A stretch of DNA of 64,000 nucleotides from Paraspadella gotoi (Eukaryota > Animalia > Chaetognatha), in assembly GCA_051294375.1 (NCBI GenBank), contig CM119264.1, positions 3,666,689 to 3,730,688 of the forward strand. The letters are read 5' to 3'. Position numbers and translations under genes: made by a program. The notes beneath the pieces were generated by a model that was not told where the DNA came from, did not search any database, and was given only the letters and a program-made list of their open reading frames with translations. Numbering within the stretch: position 1 is the first letter of the stretch; every line of letters begins with the position of its first letter. Positions 50,231-64,000 of the stretch are shown here, piece after piece.

Positions 50231-51466
50231 CCAAGAAAGAATTGGTGAGAGTTGAGGCTTCATTTTGCTTTCATTGAAGGAATGAGGCAGATATTTTTTT
50301 TAAGGCGAAATCAGGTGAGGTTCCATTAAGATCCTCCAATGTTAATTTATTTGTTTTCCTTTGTCTTTCATTACTTTAATTACTTTAATAAGTATTTGTC
50401 TTCAATTACTTTTAATTCTCGACACTCTTCAGCCTTTAATCCTTTTTCGATCCAAGACTTCCCTCTCCCTTTCCCTCAAAACCCTTTTCCTTACCCTCTC
50501 CTCCCTTACCCTCTCTTTCCTTACCCTCTCCTTCCTTACCCTCTCTCCCTCTCTTTCCGATTCCCACCCGCTGCTCGATTTATCGACCGACCTCTTTTCT
50601 TTTTTCTCCGACTTTTTTATTCCATCCATTGAATGAGATTGAATCCCGGTCACTAAATGCAAATCACATTCCTTTTTTCATCTTTTTTCCATGCGAAACT
50701 TTTTTTTAACATTTATATTCTAAAAAATCCCTGTTTTCACTGTCTCGTGTCTACCTTAGTTATTAAATCTTAATGTATTGTCAATATTTTTTTTCTCCGA
50801 AATGTCTTAAAAATGAAATCTCTTTAAAATACGACGTTCACCAAAATTAAATCTCTTTAGAATCAATTTTCACCAAATGAAAATGAGTCAAACCTTAATT
50901 TAAACCAAACTTCCAACCATTCACAAATCTTCTTCGTCACATTTTTCACCATTTTCCCACCCTTACCACCCTCCCATACCCACCAATGCCACCACCTTCA
51001 CCATCCCCATCCTCTCACGACTCACGATCTCCGCCTTCTTCGATCGCGCTGATGTGAGGAGGAAGAGAAAACCAAAATGGCGACTTGGGATTTTTTTTAA
51101 AGAATAATTACAATCAAATATTTTGAACGGCATCAAAAATTGTAAAACATTGTTCAATGAATGAATGAAAGATTGAAAGAGTGAATGAATGAACGAATGA
51201 ATGAATTAATAAATGACTCCATCAATCCATCAATAATCTAATCAATTATTCAATCAATCTATCTATCCAATCAACCAAACGAATCAAACATTTAAGCAGT
51301 CAAACATATATATTTAAATAAAAAATCAATCAATCAGTCAATCAAACAATCAGTCAATCAACCAATCAATTCCATCTCCTCCTCACGATTTCTTTCCGTC
51401 GTCAGCGAAAATCGACTTTGGAGATTCAATTGACGCTTTATTGAAAATCGCGCCTGACTGACGACT

Positions 51467-51515
<49 letters not shown>

Positions 51516-51896
51516 ATACAGTGTTTATGTCAGCAGTTTTGCCGGGTTTTTCCCTCATTGGCGGAAAAATGGTTTTTATTTCGCCGACTGGTTCGCGCCC
51601 TCTAGGGCTGGAGGGAAAAAAATGAAGGGGAAAAGGAGAGGGTAGTGAAGAAAAGGAAGGGGTTAGGAAAAAAAAAGGAAAAGAAAAGGCAAAGAAAAAA
51701 AGGAGAATGAGATGAATTAATGATTTGGTTGCAGATGAGTTTCTCAAGTCATTTTCTTCAATTTGTTATGTTTCTCCTTTCAGGAGCGGTGAGGCTTTTG
51801 TTCTCTGCTAAAAATGTAGTTCCAAAAATATTTTTCTCAAAGTTGAAGAAAAAAGAAAGAAAGAAAGAAAGATAGAAAGAAAGAAAGAAAGAAAAA

Positions 51897-51968
<72 letters not shown>

Positions 51969-52470
51969 ATAAAAAGATTAATTCTATATTTTCATTTCAG
52001 GTCTTACTAATCTTCTCCAGATGAACCAAGCCGCCGCCGCAGGCCACTCACCTCGCCTTTTCCAACAAGACTTTTTAAGACTTTATAAAGGGCGTACTAC
52101 TGCGTTCACAGTTCAGTGTGCACCATGTAATATGCATGGATTTGTGACCATGAGTCAAAAAAGGTCATCAAACTTACAAGTCGGAGAATCGATCGCCAGC
52201 GGCAAGAATTAGAATTGAGCGGAATCCAGAAACAGAATTCCATTTCTCTTCACTTCCATAAATGTACGCGTTCTCTCACTAGACCTTGACTACCGGGGTG
52301 AATCCCTGGCGTCTTTCTTTATATTGAAAGTCATTAATAATTTAAATCAATTTTTTTAGTTTCTATCAGATGGTCAGATGATTCATTGACAACATGTCGC
52401 CTTATTCGGGGAATGAGAGGAAATCTTTCCTGTTTTGAGGGAAGTTCTTAGATTCGGGTAACGTAACTAT

Positions 52471-53086
52471 TAAGGCGTAGTGAAAGTTACGTACGAAAAT
52501 TCTAAGGTCAATTATGAACAACATACCATCCGTGAACATTAATTTGTAAAAAAAATTAATTTTATGTTTTTTAATTTTCGCAGTAGGCTATATTTATATA
52601 TAGTACTATCCTTATAAAATCGAAAAATTTCAAAATAGGCTTTTCTTAATTTTGATTGCAGATTTGAATTCCTCATCAAAAGTTGATAAACGAAAATATA
52701 AATTATTTTTAAAAATTCTTTCATTAAGTGGGTTAAAAATTACAAAAACTATATTTAATATATAATTATAAAAAATTAATTTTCAGCTTAAAATTTAGTT
52801 TTTTCTAATTTTTGACCCACTTAATGAAGGAATTTTTTAAAAAGAGTTATATTTCTTTTTATCAACTTTTTATGACGAATCCAAATCTGCAAAAAAATCT
52901 TAGAAAAAACTGTTTTGAAATTTTAACATTTATTGGATTAGTACTAGTATAAATATGGCCTACTGCGTAAATTGTAAAATTTATTATAAATTTTTTTATA
53001 CATAAATGTTCATTAGTATAATGTTGTTCGTTCTTCACTTTTAGAATTTTAATTAAAGTTAAATTTAGAAATTTTACTACGCCTTA
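52471..53086. mobile_element. 616-bp foldback MITE with TAAGGCGTAGT termini and an 8-bp TSD (hAT-like)
   Basis: gtaactat|TAAGGCGTAGTGAAA ... TTTTACTACGCCTTA|gtaactat. The two halves are long imperfect inverted repeats. Confidence 0.85.
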
Positions 53087-53656
53087 GTAACTATATCAGA
53101 CCCTTTTCAGTTCGTCCGCTGGATTGTGCCCACGTAGTATTGGGCCCATAAAATTGCGCCCCTAGGATTGCAACCACGCTGCATTGCGCCCACGTACGAT
53201 CCTAATGGAAAAGTTCACCTGTCTGACGGTTTTTTTTTTAAATATCTTTTAAAAATTAAAAAGTTTTACGGAAAAATGTTTCGTCGTCAAAATCATGCGT
53301 TTTTAGAGCGTTTTTCTCTTCCCCAACCATTCAAAATCCAGCTTCTATTTCCCATCCTACCAATCTCTCTATTTCAACTTCTCTATCCTAACTTTTCTAT
53401 CCTAACTTCTCTTCCACCTTCCACGAGACTCAAAAGCCAATAAAACGCTCGACGTCAACAAAACACTTGGCGCGAATCAGATCCTCCCTTTTCTCTTTTC
53501 TTCTCTTTTTTTTCTCTTTTCTCTTTTCTTCTCTTTTTTTTCTCTTTTCTTTTTTTCATCTTTTTTCTCTTTTCTTTTCTTTTCATCCATTTCTTATTTT
53601 CACTTCTTTTCTCTTCTCTTCTCCTTTTTATCTTTTTGAATTTTTTTCTTTTTTTT

Positions 53657-53733
53657 TCTTGTCTTGTCTTGTCTTGTCTTGTCTTGTCTTGTCTTGTCTT
53701 GTCTTGTCTTGTCTTGTCTTGTCTTGTCTTGTC
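53657..53733. repeat. (CTTGT)n microsatellite
   Basis: Direct reading. Confidence 0.95.
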
Positions 53734-54177
53734 ATTTCTTTTTTCTCTTGATTTCTGTTATCTTTTCTTTTTTTATCTTCTCCTTCTATTATCTTCCCTA
53801 CATATTTTTTTATGCTTTACTCAGCTTTGAACTGCTAAAAATTAATCCAATCAGCCTTTCATTTAGTAGTTATGCCTTACCTAATTAATTTAAAATTCCT
53901 TTATCCTATTTTACTCCAGCACCTTTCCACTGAATAAAACTAAAACCCTTTCTCACTCCAGCTTCGCCATCTTGAATTCTCCTTCACCCCAAATCCCTTC
54001 TTCATTCTTTCCTCCTTTCCTCCTTTCCTCCTTTTTATCATCTTCTTCAGTTCATCGCCTTTCCTCCAAAATTCCTCTTTTTTTCTTTTTTTCTTTTTTT
54101 ATTTTTTTAAAATTCCTTTTTTCGCGAACGCAATCGTTTAGCTCAGCCTTTTTTTCTTTTCTTTCTTTTTTTATATT

Positions 54178-54222
<45 letters not shown>

Positions 54223-54236
54223 TTTCTTTCATTTCT

Positions 54237-54276
<40 letters not shown>

Positions 54277-54672
54277 TTTTTTTTATTTCTTTCTTTCTTT
54301 CTTTCTTTTCTTTCTTCTTCTTTCTATCTTCTTTTCTTTCTTCCTTGACTCTTCAACCTTTTCCCGCCATCTCATCGTCCATCAAGGTCACTATTTTTCT
54401 TCTTCTCCTCCTCCTCCTCCTCTCCTCCCCTCCTTCCTCCCTACCTCTTCGTATTCCCAATTAATTTCTACTCCTCTTTTCGCCCCTTACGTTGCTTTCG
54501 AAAGCATTCAATCTGCCTCGCTTCACTCGCTCCTCTTCCTCTCCTCCTCCTCTCTCCTCCTCCTCTTCCTCCTCTTTATCCATCACCAATCTTTCCTCCA
54601 TTTCTCTTTTCTTCTTTCTTTTCTGCCTCCGTTTTTCTCCACGGCAGGGATACTGGAACCGATTTTTTTTCT

Positions 54673-54753
<81 letters not shown>

Positions 54754-55826
54754 GTCTCTGTCTCTGTCCCATCGTTTCATCTTTTTTTTCTCCTGTCCTG
54801 CTCCGGTAGATTTAACCCATTGTTTCATATTTCTCGTATCCTTGTAATTTTATTTATTACATCTGGGAATCGTGGCTCCTGATTAAACTTTATCCAATTA
54901 AAGTTCAGAATGAAAATATCATTTTTGTTAATACTTATTTTGTTGTTTAACTATCTATTTTTTTTTTCCGTTTTCTCCATCGCGCTTATTTTTCAATATT
55001 AGGCTTTCGTCATCTTTTGGCGATTTTTCTTTTTTTCTTTTTTTCCTATAAAGACATTCCGTTTCATCTTCCATTTTCTTTCTTTCCTTTCCTATTTTCA
55101 TAATATCTTCCTTTATTTCTTTCGTATTTTCTATCTTCCTCTTTTCTTTTTTTTACTCTACTTCCTCGTCTTTTCTTCTTTGTTCTTATTTTCTCCTTTT
55201 CCTCCTTTTCTTAATTCCTTTCCTTCTTCCTCTCTTCCTCCTTTTCCTTTTTCCTTCCTTCCTTTCCTTTTTCGCGAAACCTTTGGCGCGTCCGCCTCCG
55301 AAGCGAAAAACGTCGGGACGTCGACCATCAACGCGCCATCTGTCAGAATTAGACTCTGGGCGAGAAAAAAAAAACCGCGGAACCGAAAAAAAATCAAAAG
55401 ATATAAAAACTGAATATAAAATAAAAATAAAAATAATAAATAAAATATTCTTTTTGGTTGAAAGCGAGAAATAATGGGAGAAAATAACGAATAAGAATCG
55501 ACACAAAGAAAATGTTTAAATGTTTAAAATTTAACACAAAAATTAAACAGAAGCTTCGTCATTCGTGTATCTCGATCAACAACCTTCGTTACCTTTTTTT
55601 TATTTTTGCTGAGATCCTCCTACTTCTCTTTTTCTTCTCTCCTTCTTTCCTCTTCCTCCCTCTCTCTTCTTTTCCCTTTCTTCTTCTTCCGTCTCCTGCT
55701 CTTCTTCTTCTTCTTCATCATCATCATCATCATCATCATCCTTCGTGTCGTGTTTTTGCTTTACTGCTTTTCTTTTCTCTCTTCTTTTTTTTTCTTTACT
55801 CCTCGTTTCTCCCTTTCAATGCTCCT

Positions 55827-55919
<93 letters not shown>

Positions 55920-56276
55920 ACTGTATTTTCTACATTTCTTTTCTTTTTTTTCCTTTCCTCCCTTTTCTTTTTCCTCCGCCTGAGCGTCGCTCGGCGCCTC
56001 CTTATGCTCCACTTTTTTGACATCAGGCGCGAAGTCAAGGACTCTGATGGCTTCGGGATGGAGGAGCAAGGGAAGATCCATATGTGTAAGGATCTTCTCA
56101 CAGGATGGAGGATCAAAGAAAGATCATTTTCCGACAGGATAGTGGAGCAGGAAAAAAATCCTTTTTGACAGCATATTAGACCGAGGATCGTTCCTTTTCT
56201 GACCGGATAGTTGAGCCCGGCAAAATATTTAAAGTGAGTAAAGCCAGAAGGGTTGGAAGGATAGCAAGTCAAAGAA

Positions 56277-56390
56277 TGATCCTTCCCCATGATCCTTCCC
56301 CGTCCTTCCCTATGATCCTTCTCCATGTTCCTTCCCCATGATCCTTCCCCATGACCCTTCCCCATGATCCTTCCTCATCCTTCCCCATCA
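56277..56390. repeat. 13-bp minisatellite (atgatccttcccc)
   Basis: Direct reading; duplicated at ~60056-60175. Confidence 0.8.
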
Positions 56391-56962
56391 GACTGGTGGC
56401 ACAATTAACGATCCTTCTTTTCACCATCGTGAAAAATAGGAATAAACTTTCTCCTACGAAGGTTAAGGGAAGGAAAAACTTTCCTTTTTTTTTTCCTTTT
56501 TTCCTTTTTTCCCCTTTTTTCCTTTTTTTCTTTTTCTTTTCCTTTTTTAAAGTTGAGAATAAAGAGACTTTACTCTTTCAGGAGGAGGAACAAAGAACGA
56601 AAACTATTCTTATGCCGTCACTGAAAAAGAAAACAGAAAGAAAAAAAAACCAAAAAACAAAGAATGGTTTCTTAATCCTTTTGTCCCCTTTTCCTTCCAC
56701 AGTGGGAAAAAAAAACATTAAAGGTTCCATTCCATTTGCGAAGAAAACACACTGTGCCATTTTTCTTCCCATTTTTCCGCCATTTTGAAGTCATTTTTGG
56801 CCGCTCGATCTTTTTTTTTTTCGGCCTCCGACGGACGGTTGTTTGTTTTGGGTCACATATTTTTCCATCAGGATCGATTTGGGGATTCGAAGCAAATAAA
56901 GAATTCCAGTTCACCAATTTTTTTTTTCCAACCAAAATCTTCATTCAACGAACTTAATCGGT

Positions 56963-57007
<45 letters not shown>

Positions 57008-57063
57008 TCGCTGCCGTCCAAGGCTTAGAGACGCCAGGCGCTCGGCGCCTTAGGCCCACAAGC

Positions 57064-57320
57064 TCCCTCCTCCCTGTCTAAGCCCCTACTTCAAGTCTCC
57101 ATGTTCCCTCCTCCATGTTCTAAGCCCCTACTTCTAATCCTCCAGTGTTCCCTTCCTCCCTGTCTAAGCCCCTTACTTAAATCTCCATGTTACCTTCCTC
57201 CATGTCCATAACCCCTACTTTAAGCCTCCATGTTACCTCGCTCCATGTCTACACCCACTTCAAGTCTCCATGTTCCCTCCTCCCGTATCTAGGCCCCTAC
57301 TTTTAGGCTTCATGTTCCCC
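57064..57320. repeat. ~41-bp minisatellite x6 (ctaagcccctacttcaagtctccatgttccctcctccatgt)
   Basis: Direct reading; duplicated at ~60955-61255. Confidence 0.85.
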
Positions 57321-58278
57321 ACAAGGCCTTGTCTTAAACGCAACACAGTCCGAAACACTACTTTTTAATCTTTGGGTCTTTCCTTTCCTCTCTGTTCAGT
57401 TCAAGCCCTTGAAAAAATTAAACTGAGCGGAAAATTAATTAATCCTTAACTTTGCTTAACTTAGTTCGTAAAATTTTTTTCTGTCATCAGCCCAATCGTT
57501 TCATCTCATTGTTTTTTTAGATCTATTTCAATATTTAATAATTCATAATAGTACCCCTTTCGTTACCATTATTATGACCCTTACCAATTTTTTTCCGCTT
57601 TTTCGACCCAACGACCGGAGCCCATCCTTCCACATTCCATCAATCTCCTTCCACATACCCCCTTCTTTGGCTCCGGGCGCTAAAAACAGCAAGCAAACAC
57701 ACAGACGGTCCCTGCATAAACTTGCGGCATTCGAAGCAGAAGGAAGAAATTTCGCGACGCAAAAATTCATCTGGATTTTTCAGGACCCGCAACATAAATG
57801 AACTTATCGTTCAGGCAACAATTCTGACACTTTTATTATTGAATAACTTTTCTTTTTTTTTTTCGTTCTTTTTTCTTCTTATGGTTGGACGAGAGGAAAG
57901 GCATTTTTTGATCGCGGGGACACTGGACAATGTCCAGGACATTGGAAACGGTGATCACTAAAACCCAAATAGAATCTATTCAGTATAGATTTCCGATAAG
58001 CAGTTCGTTTGAGATGCTGTTCAATCAGCGTTACGACAGAAATTAGTTTAAATATTATATATCAGAAATTTTTCCCGGGCAGCTACTCACTTTTAAAAGA
58101 ATCGAATAATTAATATAGCTTCTATCCCTATTAAAAAAATCGATACAAAAAACAAAGATTTCGTTCGTCTCTTTAAAACTTTCGTGACGAATTTAGTCTC
58201 CGTTCGACCAAGATTTCTCTCTTCGCTTAATGAACGAGATCCTCTTTCTCTTTNNNNNNNNNNNNNNNNNNNNNNNNN

Positions 58279-59558
58279 CTATGTCTCTGTCTGTTGCTCC
58301 AATCGTTTCATCTTTTTGTTTCTCCTGTCCTGCTCCGCTAAGCATTATTACCCCACTTGTTTCGATAATTTCTCGTATCCTGCTAATTTTCTTAATTTAT
58401 TACATCTGGGAATCGTCTGCGTCCTGATTAAAACTTTACTTCCAAATTAAAGTTCAGTCACATGAAAAATATTCATTTGTTTGTTAATACTTATATTGCT
58501 TGTTTAAACTATCTATTTTTTTTTTTTTCGTTTCTCCATCGCATGCTTAATTTTTCAATATTAAGGCTTTCTCATCTTCTTTTGGCGATTTTTCTTCTGT
58601 CTTTTAATGTCTCTATCTCTCTTATAAGCACATTACCTGTTTCATCTTCCATTTTCTTTTTCTTTCCTTTCCTATTTTCATAATATCTTCCTTTATTTCT
58701 TTTCGAATATTTCTATCTTCCTCTTTTTCTTTTTTTACTCTACTCCTTTCTGCTCTGACTGGTCTTTTTGCCAACTTTCCTGTTGTTCTATTTTCTCTAT
58801 CAAATCTTCTTAATTCTTTCTTCTTTCCTCTCTTCCCTCCTATTCCTTTTCCTTCCTTCTTTCTCTTTTCGACGAAACCTTTTTCGCGCGTCTCCCGCCG
58901 ATCCGCTTAAAATAGCGAAAAACGTCGGACGTCGACCTATCCAACGCGCCATCTGCTCGTCAGAAATTAGACTCTGGCGAGAAAAAAAAACCGCGGAAAA
59001 CCGAAAAATAAAAAATCAAAAAGAATTATAAAAAGTCTGAATTATAAAATAAAAATAAAAATAATAAATATAAAATATTTCTTTTTGGTTGAAAGCGAGA
59101 AAAATAATGGCGAGAAAAATAACGATAAGCGAATATCGACACAAAGAAAATGATTTTAAATGTTTAAATTATAACACAAAAATTAAACAGAAAGGCATTC
59201 GTCTATTCGTGTATCTCGATCAACAACCTTCGTTACCTTATTTTTTTATTTTTTGCTGAGTATCCCTCCTACTCTCTCTTTTTTATTCTTCTCTCCTTCT
59301 TGTCCTCTCCTCCCTCCTCTTCTTTTCTTTTCCCTTTCTTTCTTCTTCCGTCTCCTGCTCTTCTTCTTTCTTCTTCATTCATCAATCATCTATCAATCAT
59401 CAATCATTCATCCTTCAGTGGTCGTGTGTTTTGCCTTTACTGCTTTCTTTCTCTCTTCTTTTTTTTTCTTTACTCCTCGTTTCTCCCTTTCAATGCTCCT
59501 GCTCCTCTCTCTCCTCTCTCTCTCATCTCTCTCTCCATAGCTCTCTTTGTCTCTCCTA

Positions 59559-59612
<54 letters not shown>

Positions 59613-62113
59613 CCTCTCCCTCGTCTCTCTTCTCTCGATCTGTATTTCTACATTTCCTTTTTTTTTCATTTCCTTCCTCCCTTTTCTTTTCCTCCCACTG
59701 AGCGTACGCTCGCTCGCGCCTCCTCCTATGCTCCAGCTTTTTGACATCAGGCGCGGAAGTCAAGGGACTCTGATGGGCTTTCGGAATGGGAGGAGCAAGG
59801 AAGATCCAATATGTATAGGAGCACTCATAATTTCTCACTTAGGATGGCAGAGGATCAAATAAAAGATCCATTTTCGACTTAGACTGACCTCCACGTGAGC
59901 AGGTCAGTGAATGAACATCTCCTTCCGTTGAACAGCATACTCTACGACGGAGGCACTCGTTCCACTTTTCTGCACGGATAGTTGTGCACCGGCAAAATTA
60001 TTTAATATGGAAAGACCAGATAGGGTAATTGGAGGATGAGGCATTAGTCCAAAGAATGATCCTCCCCATGATCTTCCCCGTTCCTTCCCTATGATCCTTC
60101 TCCATGTCTCCTCCCTCATGATCCTTCCCCATGACCCTTCCCCATGAATTCTTCATTCCTCATCCTTTCCCATTCAGACTAGGTGGCACAATTAACGACC
60201 TTCTTATTCACCATTGTTGAATAAAAATAGGAATAAACTTTCTCTCCTACGAAGGTTAGGAGAAGAAAACTTTCCTTTTTTTTTTTCCTTTTTTTCCTTT
60301 TTTTCCCCTTTTCCTTTCTTTTCTTTTTTTTTCCTATTTTTAAAGCTGAGAATTAAAGAGACTTTACTCTTTCAGGCAGGAAGGAACAAAGAACGAAAAA
60401 CATCTTATGCAACGTTCACTGAAAGAAGAAAACAGAAAGAAAAAAAAAAAACAAAAAACAAAGAATGGTTTCATTCATCCTTTTGTCCCCTTTTCCTTCC
60501 ACATGGGAAAAAACAAAAGACGATTTAAGTTTCCATTCCATTTGCGGAAGAAAAACACACCTGTGCCATTTTTCTGTCCCAGTTTTCCGCCATTTTGAAG
60601 TCATTTTTCGGCCGCTCGACTTTTTTTTTTTCCGGCCCCGACGGAGGTTGTTTGTTTTGTGCGTCACATATTTCTTTCCATCAGAATCGATTTTTTTTTG
60701 GCTTTCGAAGCAAATAAAAGAATCCAGTTCACCAATTCCTTTTTTCCAACCACAAATCTTTCATTCAACGATACTTACATCGGCTTCTTTCTCTCTCCTC
60801 TCTTCTCTCTCTCTCTCTCTCCTCTCTTCTCTCTCTCTCTCTCTCTCTCCTCTTCTTCTCTCTTCTCTACTCTCTTCTCTCTCTCTCTTTACCTCGCTGC
60901 GATCCAAGGTATAGAGGTACGCCAGGCGCTCGGCGCCTTTAGGCCCACGAAAGCTCCTCCTCCCTGTCTTAAGCCCCTACTTCAAGTCTCCATGTTCCCT
61001 CCTCCATGTTCTAAAGCCCCACTTTAATCCTCCATGTGTTCCACTTCCTCCCTGTCTAAGGCCTTACTCATTCATGTATCCTCATGCTCTCACCACTTAG
61101 CCCATGTTACCCTCTCTCCCACTGTCCATGTCCCCATAAGCCCCTACTTTTAAGCCTCCAGGTTACCTCGCTCCTCCATGTCTAAGCCCCTACTTCAAGT
61201 CTCCATGTTCCCTCCTCCCTATCTAGGCCCCTACTTTTAGGCTTCATGTTCCCCAAGGCCTTGTCTTAAGGCAACACAGTCCGAAACACTACTTTTCATC
61301 TTTGGGTCTTCCTTCTCTCTGTTCGTTCAAGGCCCTGAAAAAATTAAACTGAGCGGAAAATTAATTAATCCTTAACTTTGCTTAACTTAGTCGTAAAATT
61401 ATTTTTTCTGTCATCAGCCAATCGTTTCATCTCATTGTTTTTTTAGATCTATTTAATATTTAATATTTAATATGTACCCGCCTTTTGTTACCATTTATTA
61501 TGACCCTTCCAATTTTTTTCCAGCTTTTTCGACCTCAACGACCGACCCATCCTTCCACATCCCATCATCCTCCTTCCACACCCCCTTTTTGGCTCCGGGC
61601 GCTCAACACACAACGTCCTCATAAATTTGCGGATTCGAAGCAGAAGAAGAAATTCGCCGGAAAAATTCATGGATTTTCAGGACGCAACATTAAATCAACT
61701 TTATCGTTCAGGAAAATTTGAACTTTTATTATTGAATAACTTTTCTTTTTTTTCTTTCTTTCTTTTTTCTTATGGTTGGACGAGAGGAAAGGCATTTTTG
61801 ATCGGGGGACACTGGACAATGTCCAGTGGACATTGGGAAACGGTGAGTCACTAAACCAAATAAGAATCTATCAGTATAGATTTCGATAAGCAGTTCGCTT
61901 TGAATGCTGTTCAATCAGCGTTACGACAAAATTAGTTTAAATATTTAATTCAGAATTTTTCCGGGCACTACTCACTTTTAAAAGAATCGATTAATAATAT
62001 AGCTTCTATCCCATTAAAAAAATCGATACAAAAACAAAGATTCGTCGTCTTTTAAAACTTCGTGACGAATTTAGGTCCCGTTCGACCAAGATTCTCTCTT
62101 CGCTATGAACGAG
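58279..62113. repeat. Indel-rich direct duplicate of 54757-58238, probably an assembly artefact
   Basis: Begins right after a 25-N spacer and is colinear with the preceding 3.5 kb. Differences are mostly 1-nt insertions, densest next to the gap. Confidence 0.85.
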
Positions 62114-62414
62114 AGAAGCAAAAACCGAAAATCCCAACCAGATTAAAATTAAGGTCATTTATTTTCTCCTCTCAGAATCCGACTCTCCTTTATTTTCCTT
62201 TCCTTTTCTCTTATTTCCTACTTTTCCTTTGTTTTCTTTTATTCGTGACCTTATTAAGGTCGATATATTTAAAGTCTTCATTCTTTCATCTCATTACTTC
62301 TCTTTCTTCATTTATTCTACGTCTTTTGTTCGTCCCGTCGTTATAAACTCTTTTCTCTTGTGCACCTTTTCCTTTTTTGAATTAATTAATTAGTTAATTA
62401 ATTAATTAATTCAT

Positions 62415-62445
<31 letters not shown>

Positions 62446-64000
62446 TTATTCTATTTATTTATTTATTTATTATTTTATTTATTTTATTTATTATTATATC
62501 AATTATTTATTTATTATATTTATTATATTACTTTATTATTTATTTATTCTCATTATTTTTATTTTTTCTCTCTTCTTCTTCTTCATTATTGCCGCAATCT
62601 CGAATCAAAACCTTAAATTTTTTATCATGATAACATTGTTTTTTTTTAAAATTCATAAATTAAAAGTTTTAAAAAGTTTCTCTCTCTACTCTCTCTCTCT
62701 CTCCTCTCTCGTCTCTCTTCTCATCTCTCTCTCTCTCTCTCTCTCCTCTCCTCTCTCTCTCCTCTCTCTCGCCGACGAAGCGATGCGAACACTCGCCGAG
62801 GACTTTATCAATCAATATGCACATATATGGTAGGCTTTGTTTTTAAAAGCGAGAAAGGGAGAGTATTATAAGAAAAAAAAGCCAGAAAGGAAAGAAAGAA
62901 GAAAAAAGAAAGAAAGGAAGAGAGAGAGAGTGAAAAAGAGAAAGAAAGAGATGAAATGAAGAGAGAGAGAAAAGAGAGAGAGAGAGAGAGAGAGAGAAAA
63001 GATACGACGATGAGAGAGATGCAGAGAGAGAGAGAGACGATGAGCAGTATCGAACCATGAAGGAGAACGGAGGTGTGAGACAGATCGAAAGAGAGGAGAA
63101 AAGGTTTTAAATCAGGATTCCGATATTGCCAATATTCCTTCGCCACGCCTACTTCCAAGGTGTGGCGAGTTTTTTTTTTGCACCGAAAATCCGACCGGGA
63201 AGGGCGATTCTCTGCTATTCGCTTCGGCGGCAAGTGGCCACTGGGCAGTGGGGCAGGGCAAACGAAGCAGGCATGGCATGTCCCGTTCTAACTGAGGCGT
63301 TCCGTCGTTACAAACGTTAGCATTAAGTGTAAAAAAAATTAAGTAAAAACGACCTCTTTCCACTATTGTTCAGTTGTTACTTACAATCGTTGTATTAACT
63401 TTGTACCACAACACAAATTAGCGCGAACGAAAAGGATTGGTTTAAAAACATCTCCACCCGTTACTTTAATGATAAAAAAATAGTACCCATTTTAGGCAAC
63501 TTTTAGCCAAAAAAATTATGTCCATTTTATGTCCATTTTTACTTACGACTTCTGATTTTGAATTGCCAAGCGAAGTGAATTGTTTTGTAGAAAGAATTTT
63601 ACTTGGAAATCGCGTTTCTTTCTTATCTTATCTTCTACCTCTGGGTAAATTTATTAGCTTCTAAAAATCATTTATATGTTTGCCTATGAATTTAATTTTC
63701 TAAAAGGTTAACAATGGTTCAAAAAAAGTATTGGAGTTTCAGTCATTTATCATAATTTGTAAACAAAAATAAATCAAATTGGTTTGAAATTAATAGAAAA
63801 ATATAGCCTACTTGAATAAGCTTCTTTTAACACTCTATAAAATTTATCAAAAAAAAACTTTTCTGGTTTAGCTACACAAAGTAATTTTTAAAAGACGTCT
63901 TATTTAATTTGTGACTTTATTGTGACTTGCATTTATTTTTGATAAAGAGAATATTTCAACTCTATTTAATTATTTTAAAAGATGAGGTACATTTTTACTG

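Overview
AT-rich, intron-containing eukaryotic DNA, probably an invertebrate animal, with dense (GA)n/(GAAA)n microsatellites and several N gaps. Much of 1-21.5 kb and 58.3-62.1 kb is indel-riddled duplicate sequence that restarts at ~25-N spacers, which suggests noisy long-read gap filling. The cleaner part (21.5-58 kb) holds five main things. (i) A minus-strand XK-related (Xkr scramblase family) ORF. Its missing last two XK helices seem to be encoded by the start of the next ORF across a transposon-filled putative intron, predicting a ~774-aa XK protein fused to a tetraspanin-like module. (ii) A spliced minus-strand locus for secreted low-complexity protein(s): signal peptide, KRR-delimited 14-aa repeats, Gly-basic amidation sites, poly-Asp and poly-His blocks. 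(iii) A small orphan spliced gene on the minus strand and a 74-aa secreted or membrane microprotein gene on the plus strand. (iv) Several non-autonomous mobile elements: a hAT-like MITE with an 8-bp TSD, nested TIR elements, a hairpin-dense 243-255 bp element in two copies plus a diverged relative, and a degenerate Penelope-type hammerhead motif. (v) Minisatellites. The left end carries a frameshifted cassette of co-oriented ORFs of unknown function bracketed by a direct repeat. I found no rRNA, tRNA or CRISPR array. All calls come from reading the sequence by eye; no searches were run.
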